A stretch of 64,000 bases of DNA from Nemertoderma westbladi (taxonomy: Eukaryota; Animalia; Xenacoelomorpha): assembly GCA_032718475.1 (NCBI GenBank), contig JAUCBJ010001408.1, positions 1 to 64,000 of the forward strand, given 5' to 3'. Positions 1-12,718 of this stretch are shown one piece after another. Position numbers and translations under genes: made by a program. The notes beneath the pieces were generated by a model. That model saw only the letters and a program-made list of their open reading frames with translations. It had not been told where the DNA came from and did no database searches. How positions within the stretch are numbered: the stretch's first letter is position 1; every line of letters begins with the position of its first letter.

Positions 1-341
1 AAAATGTATACGATATTTCGAGTCAGCGTGACTCTTATCTTATTCGTTACTTAATTTAATTTAATAATAATATATAATATTTTTATATAAAATTATTATT
101 AAACAATTAGTGAATTTTAGAAAATATTTAGGACACAAATAAATACCTTGTTAGGAACCTTAATTAACAAATTTTCTAGGTTTCTTTGTTATAACACTTA
201 GTTAATGCGGGATTACAATAAACCCTAATCAAAAATAATAAACGAAATAGAGGCCACAGATAGGACGGGATCGATTAAACCAAAGTCAGTCATGTCATTC
301 ATTACCACGAGCACTAAAACACAACCTATAACGAATGCATA

Positions 342-470
342 CTGTATTTACACGAATAAGAGTTATAACGCGATTATTCGAGGTGGCCCCTCGAATAATC
401 GCGTTATAACGCGAACCCTCATATAAATTTACAAACTTAAACGCCCAGACTCTTATTCGAGTAAGTACGG
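342..470. mobile_element. Small Tc1/pogo-type MITE with internal hairpin
   Basis: Imperfect TIRs (ctgtatttacacgaataagag / ctcttattcgagtaagtacgg) flanked by TA; internal inverted repeat 362-410 (gttataacgcgattattcgagg...cctcgaataatcgcgttataac). Confidence 0.6.
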
Positions 471-671
471 TAGTGTAGCTTGCAGGATATTAGTATGACC
501 ATACAGAATCTGCCTCAGTGCATAACAGATATAATAAACTGCGTGATTTTGTGGTATAGTGACATAGATTAAACCTTCAAAAGACTTTACACCTATTATT
601 ATTAACATTTTATAAAGTGAAAATGCCAATATAATAAAATAACGAAACTAATCTAGTTTATTTTAAAGTAT

Positions 672-3600
672 TTAATATACCTGGTAGTGGGAATGCATGT
701 AGCGTGGAGACCCGACATGCGATGGTGGCAGGATGATCAACTTCCCGGCACGGAGAGGAGCATTAGAAGAGTCATGGGCATGTATGGCCTCGAATAATCG
801 GCCGTACTTATCCGCCCTTAACTGGGGTTGATGTGTCTTGTAATAATAGAGGCCCTGGTTCTCTATTTTTGCCAACCCCAAACACAGATACTCTTGGAAT
901 AAACGACATCCCCTAAAATAAAAAATATTTGTCTATATTTAGCAAGTCAAACAGCAATATTATTACACCTTAAAGAAATACACGAATTGTCGAATTTTCT
1001 AATTAATGCAACATATTTTTTATTGAACACTGTTAATTAATTACCTACTTGGTTAAAAATCATGTGCCGCGTAATTATATATTTAATTATCTGCCAGAGG
1101 AATAAAATTATCCGGAAAAAAACGACAGACCTAGGTCAGAATAGCACACAATTATTTATAGCATCAAAGAAATACAAACCTGCTATTTCCTTTAGTCCAC
1201 CAGGTATATTAAACCGTCTCTCGTGTTCTCCCTCGGGGCGCTTACTGTCGTCTATCATTAGTCGTAGAGACTGGGGTGCCAACTCCTCAACTATTTCCGA
1301 CGCAAACTTAAAATCGCTCACATAGGGATTGCTCTTCGCTAACTCAGACTGAAGCTGAGATAGGAGAGCGTGGATATTGTTCATTTCAGTTTGTGATATG
1401 CCGGCAGGAAGATCTCCCTGTCGGCGAGGTCTGAATCTAGAACGTACAGCTGAGAGAAGACAGGCTGCACGTTGTCTGATTGTTTAACTGGTCCCATCAG
1501 TATGGCCACCCTTCCTTGGATGACCAGGGCTGGATTAAACCTGAAATTAAATTACAATTAAATTTAAATGTTGTAGGAAAAAAATGCTACCACAGGTACC
1601 GGTACGCCATCTACTGGAATGCTAACTGCTTCACTTTATAGTTGGAATTATCTCTAAGCAATGCGATAAGGCTTTATATTAGAACTATATGGGCCTATAG
1701 TACCGGTACGTTGCTCCACTAAAAACGTATTGACGGGACAGTAGGATAGCTCTTCTAGAAATATAATAATATTCTATATATTTCTAAAAAATATATTTTA
1801 AATTTCTAAAAAATATATTCTAGGCTATAGTCTATATTTCTGTCATGTCGTAAACAACAATTTTGCCGACGCCAGCTTGATGAAAAGACCAGAAAGACTA
1901 CTCTAAGACTCATCTTTGTGCATACCGGTACATCCCCTAATTTAATAAGACACCTAATATTATTAGGTGTAATAATGGTTCATCTTGGAAAAACAAAATA
2001 CACAACTGCAAGGCGTAATCCAGAAAACTCCATAATATTACAAAACCGTCAGACTGTTCTCGTATGAAATAGTATAAGTCATAGATTAGGTGCCATCCAT
2101 AATGACGCCACGTAGCATTTTTGAGACATTTTTAACCCCCCCCCCCCCCCCCCCCCTTTTGTCACAAATTATATCAAGAAATCTCCGACCCCCCTACACG
2201 ACACAAATTACAAGTTACTTTGTCAATGAATAAAATTTTTAAAAAATAATTTTTTTTATTTAAAAATATCACCTTTTTTTTAAATTAACAGTTAATTATT
2301 TGATTTACTGATTGATGGGTGTAATTTGTGTGAAAAGTCACTTATTAAATTTAAAAAACTAATATTAGAGAACTTAAGTGAAAACGTAACTCAATGACAT
2401 CATTGGTTATGGTTAGTTACCGGTAGAAATATAATTTCTGAAATTTATCAAAGAAATATAATTTGTCATTGATGGGGTATGTACGTTTTAAGTAAATAAC
2501 TGACACGTGGTTTGAAAAAAAACCTCTGAACGTACCACGTACCCTATTTCTGGCGCAGCTAAAACGTAAATACGTTTCGGGTACGTTTTGGATAGGGTAC
2601 GTTTTAACCAAGATCAGAAGGTACCGGTATATTTAACCTGCAATCAACAGACCAATAAATACAAAATAATTAAGAACACAAAACTAACCAGGTTGTTTAC
2701 GAGTTTCGACTTTAAGGGATGCAAGCGATAGAGCGTTGTTTAGGGCCCGGATCCTCGTTTTGAATACTGCAGATCTAGGATCTCGATTCTGCCAGAGATT
2801 TAGAAACACCTCGGGGGTGTTTACAAATATGTCTGGAAGGTTAACCTTTCCACCATGGCAGCACATAGCTGCCCTCGATGTTTCTTGCAGCCACCGAACT
2901 GCGTGGCAATGCGAACAAACAGAGTCTGTGTTCATTCGCAGTCATTGGTGTGACTCCATCGGATAGCAGGGTACCTTCGTTCTTATATGATACCAGCAAT
3001 TCGCCACTCATAAACTTCTCAGCATTCCGCGCTAGAAATTTACTTTCAGGGATATTCCGATGTCGAATGAAGGCCCTCGCCACACGGTCTCCAGCTCTTC
3101 GCGTTTCTTTCTCGGTGAGGGATTCACTCGACCGAGTTGCAGCCGTAGACACACGATCTACAGCCCTTCGCGTTTCTTTCTCGGCGGGGGATTCGCTCGA
3201 CCGAGTTGCAGCCGTAAACACACGATCTACATCCCTTCGCGTTTCTTTCTCGGTGGGGGATTCGCTCGACCGAGTTGCAGCCGTAGACACACGATCTACA
3301 GCCCTTCGCGTTTCTTTATCGGTGAGGGATTCGCTCGAATGAGTTGCAGCCGTAGACACAAGGTATACAGCCCTTCGTGTTTCTTTCTCGGCGGGGGATT
3401 CGCTCGACCGAGTTGCAGCCGTAGACACACGGTCTACTGGTCTACAGCCCTTCGCGTTTCTTTCTCGGCGGGGGATTCGCTCGACCGAGTTGCAGCCGTA
3501 GACACACGGTCTACAGCCCTTCGCGTTTCTTTCTCGGCGGGGGATTCGCTCGACCGAGTTGCAGCCGTAGACACACGGTCTACAGCCCTTCGCGTTTCTT

Positions 3601-4340
3601 TCTCGGCGGGGGATTCGCTCGACCGAGTTGCAGCCGTAGACTGGTAGACACACGGTCTACAGCCCTTCGCGTTTCTTTCTCGGCGGGGGATTTGCTCGAC
3701 CGAGTTGCAGCCGTAGACACATAGTCTACAGCCCTTCGCGTTTCTTTCTCGGTGAGGGATTCGCTCGACCGAGGTGCAGCCGTAGACACACGGTCTACAG
3801 CCCTTCGCCCTTCGCGTTTCTTTCTCGGCGGGGGATTCGCTCGACCGAGTTTTAGCCGTAGACACACGGTCTACAGCCCTTCGCGATTCTTTCTCGGCGG
3901 GGGATTCGCTCGACCGAGTTGCAGCCGTAGACACACGGTCTACAGCCCTTCGCGTTTCTTTCTCGGTGGGGGATTCGCTCGACCGAGTTGCAGCTGTAGA
4001 CACACGATCTACAGCCCTTCGCGTTTCTTTCTCGGCGGGGGATTTGCTCGACCGAGTTGCAGCCGTAGACACACGGTCTACAGCCCTTTGCGTTTCTTTC
4101 TCGGTGAGGGATATGCTCGACCGAGTTGCAGCCATAGACACACGGTTTACAGCCCTTTGCGTTTCACGCGCGACGGGAGTTTCGGTAGCCCGAATTTGAG
4201 CCGCAGTCTCACGGGCCAAGGCAATCCTTATACTTCTTTGCTCAACATGTTCTCTCATGCAAACACCAGCTTGGGCAGTCCGATTAATCGATTGACGTTC
4301 CGGAGTGGCGTGTTGTCCCTTTCTTTGGGTCAACCGGTAA
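672..4340 (-). mobile_element. Helitron Rep/Helicase gene remnant (N-terminal part, intron-containing, frameshifted)
   Basis: Minus-strand coding blocks in Helitron order: R/E-rich repeats (3075-4340); CSHC..W..E..CC.GGKV.LP...F...IR..N (2684-2935); IQGRV..GP...P.FSQLYVLD (~1400-1540); NPYV..FK...P.GEH.RRFN.P (1136-1384); LFQEYL...LRADKY...LPPSHVGSPRYM..HYQ (672-905). AT-rich gaps between blocks look intronic. Confidence 0.85.
3075..4170 (-). repeat. 69-bp coding tandem repeat (~16 units, RAVDRVSTAATRSSESPAEKETR) in the Helitron N-terminus
   Basis: Unit ctacagcccttcgcgtttctttctcggcgggggattcgctcgaccgagttgcagccgtagacacacggt recurs with period 69; short insertions near 3435, 3640 and 3805 shift the frame. 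Confidence 0.95.
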
Positions 4341-4341
4341 A

Positions 4342-6483
4342 GTGCAGCTCGCCCAATCCCAGGTAAAATTCGGCGGCTACCTGGTCGGAACGGACGGCAT
4401 CCATGCCGACCCCGCAAAACTCTCCGCTATAGCCTCCTTCCCTCGTCCAGAAACTCTAACCGATCTCCGAAGTTTCATTGGGCTTGTAGAACAACTCGCT
4501 CCTTTCTCCTCAGAGATATCCGAGATGCTCCTACCACTACACCCGCTCCTATCGGTGAAATCGCCATACATCTGGACAACCGACCACAATAGCGCATTCG
4601 ACGCCGCCAAGGCGGCCTTAACTACACCCCCGGTTCTGGCCCCATTCGACGTCTCCGCCGACACTAAGCTCGTAACTGACGCTTCTCGGCTCAATGGGCT
4701 CGGCTACGCCCTTCTCCAGCGCCACGGGACAGAGTGGTGCCTTATAGAATGCGGATCTCGGTTTATAACACCCACAGAGTCTCGATACGCCACTATTGAG
4801 TTGGAACTTCTAGCGGTAGTATGGGCCATCCAAAAATGCCGCAACTTCCTCCTCGGGCTCCCCACCTTCTCCCTGGTCACTGACCATCAACCGCTGGTCA
4901 CCATCTTAGACCGCAAATTGTTCTCGGAAGTGGAAAACGCCCGTATACAACGACTAAAATCCAAGCTGGCGCCATACCAGTTCACTACCTCCTGGTGCAA
5001 GGGTAAATCTCACGCCATTCCCGACGCCCTGTCCCGGTCACCCGTAGACCAGCCGACACCCGACGACCTCGTAGACGACGGAGAGACAGCGTACTGTCTC
5101 CATTCCGTCACCATCGCCACGATTTCGGCCATCTCTGGGGACGACCACCTTGCGGACCCTATTCTACAGGACCTTGCCGCTGTTGCTCGCGCTGACCCCG
5201 CCTACATGTCTCTTCACACAGCGGTCCTCGCCGGTTTTCCCCCCAGTACCCACAGCGATCCCGCTGTCGGTGCATACTGGGCCCTGCGAGACTCCCTCTC
5301 CACCGATGGCGACCTCATCCTCTATGGGGAGCGGCTCGTCATTCCCCTAGCGTCCCGCGCTAACACCTTGGAGCGGCTCCATACCCCTCACCAGGGTGTC
5401 GATAAGTCCCTCCGTCGGGCCCGGCAGTGCGTCTATTGGCCGGGCTTGACTAACGACGTACGGACCTCCGTCGCCAACTGTCCTTCGTGCCTACGCCACC
5501 GCGCTACGCTACCAAAGGAACCCTTCCTTGAAGAACCCCTACCGACCCGCATATTCGAGGACATTTCGGCCGACTTCTTCCAGTTGAACGGCCGCCACTA
5601 TCTCGCCCTCGTCGACAGGTATAGCGGGTGGCCAGACCTACACACCTTCTCAGGTCACCCATCCGCCCTCCCAACCATCGCCGCCCTGCGACAATGGTTT
5701 ACCCGCTACGGAATCCCAACCCGTCTACGGTCGGACGGCGGTACCCCCCTGACCGCCGGCGCTACAACCACCTTCCTCAACGAGTGGGGCGTCACCCCGG
5801 TTACTTCATCCGCGGAATACCCACAGGGTAACGGACACGCGGAAGCGGCCGTGAAGGCGCTCAAAGGACTTCTAGATAAAACAGGAGGCCGTCCTGACTC
5901 ACCAGCATTCGCCGAGGGTCTACTAGCCCTCCGGAATAGCCCTCGGGAGACCGGACTTTCTCCCGCGCAGGTGGTGTACGGTCACCCCCTGCGGACCCGT
6001 ATTCCCGCCCATCACAGTGCTTTCGCGGCGGGTCACCAGGCCACGCGTCGCCGGCTAGACAAAATCGCAACCCCGCTCCGCGCTGCCCAAATTGCCGACT
6101 ACAACAAGTCGGCCCGCAATCTTTCACCCCTTGCTGTCCACGACCCCGTAGTCATCCAGGACCCCCACTCACATCGCTGGGACCGCAAGGGAACCGTGGT
6201 AGAGGTTGGACCCAATCGGCGATACACAGTGCGAACCTCCTCCGGCCGTACTGTGACGAGAAACCGACGCTTTCTCCTCGTCGACACCTCCAAACCACTC
6301 TCCAGTGCGGCTGAACCACCCACTTTGGGTCCGGACACCTCTACGTCCTCTAGTCCCATGACCGCGGCGGACGTCGACCCCACCCGGTCACACAAAACTG
6401 TACATTGGGACCCCAAACTAAACCACAGCCCCCAAACTCGCCGATACCCCTCACGTCATCGTCAACCACCTATACGGTTATAA
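4342..6483 (+). CDS. Ty3/gypsy retrotransposon Pol, 5'-truncated (RT thumb, RNase H, integrase)
   Basis: LRSFIGL (RT end); [35 protein letters not shown] (RNase H); HQG...YWPG...C..C (HHCC); [21 protein letters not shown] (DDE core). The RT-RH-IN order indicates gypsy. Confidence 0.95.
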   Translation: MQLAQSQVKFGGYLVGTDGIHADPAKLSAIASFPRPETLTDLRSFIGLVEQLAPFSSEISEMLLPLHPLLSVKSPYIWTTDHNSAFDAAKAALTTPPVLAPFDVSADTKLVTDASRLNGLGYALLQRHGTEWCLIECGSRFITPTESRYATIELELLAVVWAIQKCRNFLLGLPTFSLVTDHQPLVTILDRKLFSEVENARIQRLKSKLAPYQFTTSWCKGKSHAIPDALSRSPVDQPTPDDLVDDGETAYCLHSVTIATISAISGDDHLADPILQDLAAVARADPAYMSLHTAVLAGFPPSTHSDPAVGAYWALRDSLSTDGDLILYGERLVIPLASRANTLERLHTPHQGVDKSLRRARQCVYWPGLTNDVRTSVANCPSCLRHRATLPKEPFLEEPLPTRIFEDISADFFQLNGRHYLALVDRYSGWPDLHTFSGHPSALPTIAALRQWFTRYGIPTRLRSDGGTPLTAGATTTFLNEWGVTPVTSSAEYPQGNGHAEAAVKALKGLLDKTGGRPDSPAFAEGLLALRNSPRETGLSPAQVVYGHPLRTRIPAHHSAFAAGHQATRRRLDKIATPLRAAQIADYNKSARNLSPLAVHDPVVIQDPHSHRWDRKGTVVEVGPNRRYTVRTSSGRTVTRNRRFLLVDTSKPLSSAAEPPTLGPDTSTSSSPMTAADVDPTRSHKTVHWDPKLNHSPQTRRYPSRHRQPPIRL

Positions 6484-6498
6484 ACTCCTACGGAGCTC

Positions 6499-6560
6499 GA
6501 AGGGGGGTGTAATGACATACATACGTATTATTATATGGCTCGCCCCATATACATGTAGGA
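6499..6560 (+). mobile_element. Polypurine tract and start of the gypsy 3' LTR (LTR end not resolved)
   Basis: gaagggggg (6499-6507) immediately followed by TGTAAT, 15 nt after the pol stop. Confidence 0.7.
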
Positions 6561-6996
6561 CAGTAGTTCATGGTGATTGGATAGCTATATATACGTTCCA
6601 TTCTGTTGGGGCTTTTTATATAAAAGCAGGTGCAACTGCTCAGTCAAGGGACCACACATCCAGCAGTACTGAAGTCGAAAGGCATATTATTATATTATTT
6701 TGTCTATTCTGTTCTGCAATAGTTTCTGTACGTTACATCTTATTATATCGAGAACTAAGAACATCACAGTCATTAATATATTCTTCAACAGTTTAACCTG
6801 AAATATCATGGACTTTCACATTTTTTATAATTTCTAAAAATACTAGCTTGCAAAAAACACTACCGGTAGCTATCATAAAGAACATATCTACTAATGTTCT
6901 AGAACTTTCACCAATACCAAAAAAATTAATAAACTCTAAAAAAGGATTGGTGAATAATCGCTGGGGTGTCGACAGGGCGAAGTAGGGACCGTGTTG

Positions 6997-8756
6997 TTTG
7001 CTTACTGGGCGGAAAAGCCAACCAACCACCAAGGTTAAGGCTGAATCACCAGCCGATCGCCTCAATGGTTGGAAAGCCCACTTTGAAAAGCTCCTCAATA
7101 ACGACAGGGTATTGCCTGATAACTTTATAGAAGTAAAAGTGTCTGAGTCTGTACTCCCAGATATTCCCATTGGCGATATCTCCTTTGCAGAAGTGAAGGC
7201 TGCTGCAAAGAGCATTAAGACCAATCGTGCCAGTGGAGTAGATGGTGTTCCCCCTGAGGTCTTTAAAATACCTGAGTGTTTAAAGCTCATCTATCCCATC
7301 ATAGTAGACATGTACCGAACAACAAGAGTCCCACAAGAAATGAAAACAAATAAGTTGGTGCCAGTTCCCAAGAAGGGCAACCTAACACTCTATGGTTCTT
7401 TTCGGGGAATCTCATTGATCTCGATTGCTGCAAAGCTATACAATAGGATTCTATTAAATCGAATCAGGGATCCCATTGAGAGACTGCTCCGTGGAAATCA
7501 GAATGGGTTCCGTAAAGGTCGTGGGACCATGGAGCCCATTTTGGCACTTAGAAGGATAATTGAAGAATTATCAAAAAAGAAAGACAGGCATCTGGCTGTT
7601 ATCTTTGTTGACTTCTTCAAGGCCTTTGATTCAGTCTCTCGCTCACGTATGTTCAGCATACTTTCATTATATGGGATTCCTGATGAAATTATTGCAGCAA
7701 TCAGATCAGTATACGATGGTTCGACAACATTTGTGTCTACTGTTGACGGTGACACAGAACCATTTGAAGTGTTATGGGGCGTCCTCCAAGGAGACACACT
7801 TGCACCATTCTTGTTCATTATTGTGGTTGACTATGTTCTACGCATGTCCTTAGATCATCATAATGATGATGGGGTGATGATAACTCCACCTACTGGCTCC
7901 AGAAGTCGAGGAAATACTGCCAAGTACCTAACTGATCTAGACTTTGCTGATGACTTAGGAGTACTCTCAGAATCATTAGAGGGAGCCCAACGGCTCCTCA
8001 GCTCATTAGAACATGCTGCTTCTAGTGTTGGTCTTTTTATTAACTCCAGAAAGACCAAAATTCTGACTGTTAACTTTGAAAGTCCTCAGCAAGTCTCTGA
8101 TCGGATGAGCATAAGCTCAAAGGATGGTATGCTTGAGCATGTGGACGACTTCTGTTACCTGGGATCATGGATCCGGAAGTCAGGTGAGGACCTTCGAATA
8201 CGTAAGGGAAAGGCATGGACAGCCTTGAATAGGCTTTCCAGGATTTGGAAATCACCGAGAATTAATCGGAAACTTAAGGTCCGATTATTTAGAGCAGCAG
8301 TAGTTCCAGTACTCCTCTACGGGAGTCCATGCTGGGCTCTAACTGCTGAGGACACCAAATCTCTGGATGGCACATTCACAAGAATGCTACGCCGGGTTCA
8401 TTGTGTCAAGTACAATGCACACATCTCCAACCAGACACTATATAACATTGGAGGTGTCTCATTGGTTCCCCCAAGCTTGACACTAGAACAAAATCGCCTC
8501 CGCTTTGCAGGACATTGCTTTCGCCGTGAGGACCAGCCAGTGCATAATCTTGTACTTTGGCAGCCTCATGGAGTGAATAAGCATGGTGGACAGCCCATGA
8601 CTTTCTTGAGACGCATCTTAAAGGACACTGGCCTTAAAGATGCGGATGATCTAGCAAATGTCATGGGTGATAGGGAGTTGTGGCGGTGTAATTTTGTTGA
8701 CAAGCCGGCACAGCATTCTTAAAAATGCAGCTGCAATGCAGCATGCCGATCCTAGT
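6997..8756 (+). mobile_element. 5'-truncated RTE-like LINE with 16-bp TSD
   Basis: TSD agtagggaccgtgttg at 6981-6996 and 8757-8772; very short 3' UTR ending in a (TAG)n tail. Confidence 0.9.
6998..8722 (+). CDS. Non-LTR reverse transcriptase (endonuclease domain lost by 5' truncation)
   Basis: PKKG, RGISL, QNGFRKGR, FVDFFKAFDSV, GVLQGDTLAPFLF, LDFADDL, FCYLGS, RLRFAGHCFR. Confidence 0.95.
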   Translation: MLTGRKSQPTTKVKAESPADRLNGWKAHFEKLLNNDRVLPDNFIEVKVSESVLPDIPIGDISFAEVKAAAKSIKTNRASGVDGVPPEVFKIPECLKLIYPIIVDMYRTTRVPQEMKTNKLVPVPKKGNLTLYGSFRGISLISIAAKLYNRILLNRIRDPIERLLRGNQNGFRKGRGTMEPILALRRIIEELSKKKDRHLAVIFVDFFKAFDSVSRSRMFSILSLYGIPDEIIAAIRSVYDGSTTFVSTVDGDTEPFEVLWGVLQGDTLAPFLFIIVVDYVLRMSLDHHNDDGVMITPPTGSRSRGNTAKYLTDLDFADDLGVLSESLEGAQRLLSSLEHAASSVGLFINSRKTKILTVNFESPQQVSDRMSISSKDGMLEHVDDFCYLGSWIRKSGEDLRIRKGKAWTALNRLSRIWKSPRINRKLKVRLFRAAVVPVLLYGSPCWALTAEDTKSLDGTFTRMLRRVHCVKYNAHISNQTLYNIGGVSLVPPSLTLEQNRLRFAGHCFRREDQPVHNLVLWQPHGVNKHGGQPMTFLRRILKDTGLKDADDLANVMGDRELWRCNFVDKPAQHS

Positions 8757-9009
8757 AGTAGGGACCGTGTTGCTTAACCCCTTAGAGCCTATGACGTCCA
8801 GTGATGTCAACATGGACAGCACTAAGACGTGCAGTGGACGTCATGCTGGGATACATGTTTTATTGGAAGGCTCTTGGTGGATAGTATTAAAGACATTTAG
8901 TGCTCTTCATGGCAAAAAATCCATTCTGTACTGTAGATAGGATAGGCTTTATTGTAGACTGTATTATCAATGTTAGGTATATGGCGTAATGCCAACCACA
9001 GTACAGTAG

Positions 9010-9560
9010 TACAGACTGACAGTAAGACCGACAGACAGACAGACTAGATTTATGTAAACGTGTAAACTGACATCAGAAATGAAATCAGCAACCCTTAACA
9101 CCCCCATAGCGGGAATGTTGGTTAGTTAGTATACTTTCTTAAGTTTTGACAGACTGACTGACAGAAAGACCGACAGACCAACAGCCAGACAGACTAGATT
9201 TATTAAACGTGAAAACTGACATCTGAAATGAAATCAGCACCCATTAAAACCCCCATAACGAGAATGTTAGTTAGTTTGTATTATTTTTAAAGTTTTGACA
9301 GACTGACTGACTGACAGAAAGACCGACAGTTCGACAAACTAGATTAATGTAAACCTGAAAAACTGACATCAGAAATGAAATCAGCACCCCTTAAAACCCC
9401 CATAGCGAGAATGTTAGTTAATTTGAATTATTTTTTATGTTTTGACAGACTGACTAACAGAATGACCGACAGACAGACAGACTAGATTTATGTAAACGTG
9501 AAAACTGACATCAGAAATGTAATCAGCACCCCTTAAAACCCCCACAGCGAGAATGTTAGC
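9010..9560. repeat. ~140-bp tandem repeat (4 units) with GACA microsatellite
   Basis: Recurrent ctagatttatgtaaacgtgaaaactgacatcagaaatgaaatcagcacc...cccatagcgagaatgttag. Confidence 0.8.
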
Positions 9561-10176
9561 GACACGTTTTAATTATTAACCATATTTCGTAAGATATATT
9601 TCATCATCGTGTCTGCACGGTATTTCACATAGCGCCCCATTTGGTGATCTCCAGTGAATGTTTGGATTTGACCTGACCAAATTGGTTTACTACGGAAGAT
9701 CCAGTGGGCACACCTGAGCGGGTGTGGGCCACTCGGAATCCGACGAGGCGGCGCACATATTGACATTTGGCGTATGTACATTTCTTACAGTAGGGACCCA
9801 CTGGGTTAAGAGTTTTTACGGTATACTTAATATGAGCATAAAGAAGAAAGTGTTGGCGATGTATCTGAAAAATAAATAAATAAACGTTGCTCTTTGTATC
9901 TCAAGTTGATTTGGATTAGGACAATGTGATACTTTTAACTCCTGCAATAATTCAGGTGGTTTGATGAGACTGCTTAGGGGTGGGGTGGGGTTTGGGGGGG
10001 GGGGGGGGGGGGGGTAACTGAGAAAATGTGACAAAGAAATGGAAAGAAAGGCAATGCTATAGTAAATGGATTTGTGTTATGTAATACTCTGTAGCAGCTG
10101 CTGGCTCCGAGGTAACTAATTTTGTATAGCCTGGGACTGACTGTCTCTGGGTAGTATATTATTGAAGACATAAGTA

Positions 10177-11590
10177 CACGTTCGTGGGGCCTTCGCGCAG
10201 CACGAGGCCCAGTTATGAGATACAAATTAAAATTGTGCGACTGTATCACAAAATCAGGTTATGAGAGATTAACCCACACCACCAATTAATCAAAGAAAGG
10301 GGGACAGTACGTGTTCACCCCTTTTAATCTGCACCCCCCCCCCCCCCCCCCCCTCCCCACACCCACCAATACGTAACCGCGACATCTACCACCCACGAAA
10401 GGGTAGCACGAACTTATTTCCAAACGCACGTTCAATATGCAAAGCCAGGTGGTTTATAGGAATATAATCGATGCAGTACTCGTCTTCATTATAAGCCTCT
10501 TTGCGTTCGACCTGTTTTGTATTAAAATATATTTATTAAACGCAGGCTGACGCTCTTTATAATAATAATACCTAGGGATGCCAGCTTCCAGACTTGCAAT
10601 CTTTACTGCCGCGCAAACCCCGCAGAGGAAGTTTTGGTTTGAGAGATCAAGCCCATCGGCAATTGGTGTTTCAATTTCGGTCCAGGAACTCTGACAATGG
10701 GAGCATTCAATCTTAGCTGTGGTCCATTCCCGTGGTTTCGGCTTCCTTTTCTTCGTCCCAATGACAGATTCTTCTGAAGACGTTCGATTCGCTTTCAGTT
10801 TATTGTTGGCGTTTGTGTTTTGAAGTTGTATTCGAGTGGACAGTCGCGCCGGTTTCGAGGTAACCATACCGACCTGTGATAAGCGTTGGTTTTGTTGAGT
10901 GCCGGTATTCATCTTCTCTCACCTCTTCAATGTCAGATGTTGCAAGTACTGATAACACGAATAACGGTATATATTTCAATACTTGTCAATAGTAATATAG
11001 ATAATTTAGATAACTATTTTATATCTGTACTGTTGAGCAAACTCTACATAAATCCCAACCTGTGTATCGCCGGTAGGGCTGTTGCTGTGCAAGCAAGTGC
11101 CAGAGTGCTGAAGTGCTAGTTGCCACCGGTCAACCGGTACCGGTAGTAGGGTGGTATCTACGGTGCGCACTGCAACGGCAGTACAGCAATACGGTGTACC
11201 GTGCCAATGACTGAATGATTAGCGGTAACTATCTAAACTATTATATTATTATTACCGGTACTGGGCTAATTAGGCCTAAACTATAATCACCGCAAGGGTT
11301 GCCGGTACCGGGCCATGTTTAACAGTTTAATTAGATTACATGATATGGCATGTCTGCAGTGTATGGTACCGGCTGACCAGTATTGCAGTATTGACTGATT
11401 GCAGGATTCTCGATTCAGGGATTGAGTACAGCCTGACAGTACCGGTACACATGGTACATGCAGATTGGCAGACAGCCCCAATCTGCCAATGTATTGCAAA
11501 ATTTGTCAGAAAACCAGCTGATTTATCCTACAGTAATAATAATTTAACGCATTTTAAATTTGGATAAATAAATTTATTATAACTGCAATA
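10177..11590. repeat. Interspersed repeat, copy 1 (probable non-autonomous Helitron-like element)
   Basis: Starts acacgttcgtggggccttcgcgcagcacgaggccc; near-identical to 11762-12718 and 56016-56406; the distal part recurs at 14440-14866. Confidence 0.7.
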
Positions 11591-11761
11591 ACAGTTACAC
11601 TGATGCTGCACGAAGGCCCCACGCAAATTCTACTTGGAAAATTTTCAAACTTTTGCCAAACAACATGTGTACCAAGTTTGGATAGATTTCATCAAGGATT
11701 GGCCGAGTTATTAACGTTTAAAATAAAATACTGAAAAAAAACGCGACAGAACGACAGAACG

Positions 11762-12718
11762 ACACGTTCGTGGGGCCTTCACGCAGCACGAGGCCCAGTT
11801 ATGAGATACAAATTAAAATTGTGCGACTGTATCACAAAATCAGGTTATGAGAGATTAACCAACACCACCAATTAATCAAAGAAAGGGGGACAGTACGTGT
11901 TCACCCCTTTTAATCTGCCCCCCTCCCCCCCCTCCCCTTCCCGCCCACCATTGCATAACCGCGACATCTACCACCCAAGGAAGGGTAGCACAAACTTATT
12001 TCCAAACGCACGTTCAATATGCAAAGCCAGGTGGTTTATATGAATATAATCAATGCAGTACTCGTCTTCATTATAAGCCTCTTTGCATTCGACCTGTTTT
12101 GTATTAAAATATATTTATTAAACGCAGGCTGACGCTCTTTATAATAATACTACCTAGGGATGCCAGCTTCCAGACTATCAATCTTTACTGCCGCTAAAAC
12201 CCCGCAGAGGAAGTTTTGGTTTGAGAGATCAAGCCCATCGGCAATTGGTGTTTCAATTTCGGTCCAGGAACTCTGACAATGGGAGCATTCAATCTTAGCT
12301 GTGGTCCATTCCCGTGGTTTCGGCTTCCTTTTCTTCGTCCCAATGACAGATTCTTCTGAAGACGTTCGATTCGCTTTCAGTTTATTGTTGGCGTTTGTGT
12401 TTTGAAGTTGTATTCGAGTGGACAGTCGCGCCGGTTTCGAGGTAACCATACCGACCTGTGATAAGCGTTGGTTTTGTTGAGTGTCGGTATTCATCTTCTC
12501 TCACCTCTTCAATGTCAGATGTTGCAAATACTGATAACACGAATAACGGTATATATTTCAATACTTGTCAATAGTAATATATATAATTTAGATAACTATT
12601 TTATATCTGTACTGTTGAGCAAACTCTACATAAATTTCAACCTGTGTATCGCCGATAGGGCTGTTGCTGTGCAAGTGCTAGTTGCCACCGGTCAGCCGGT
12701 ACCGGTAGTAGGGTGGTA
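11762..12718. repeat. Interspersed repeat, copy 2
   Basis: Direct duplicate of 10177-11157. Confidence 0.8.

Noticed and set aside
3075-4170. Regular repeats resembling a CRISPR array (also 21709-22953 and 51640-52625)
   Set aside because: Head-to-tail units without unique spacers, eukaryotic context, no cas genes.
8775-9809. piggyBac-like MITE (TTAA-CCC...GGG-TTAA)
   Set aside because: Inverted match does not extend convincingly beyond the first few bases.
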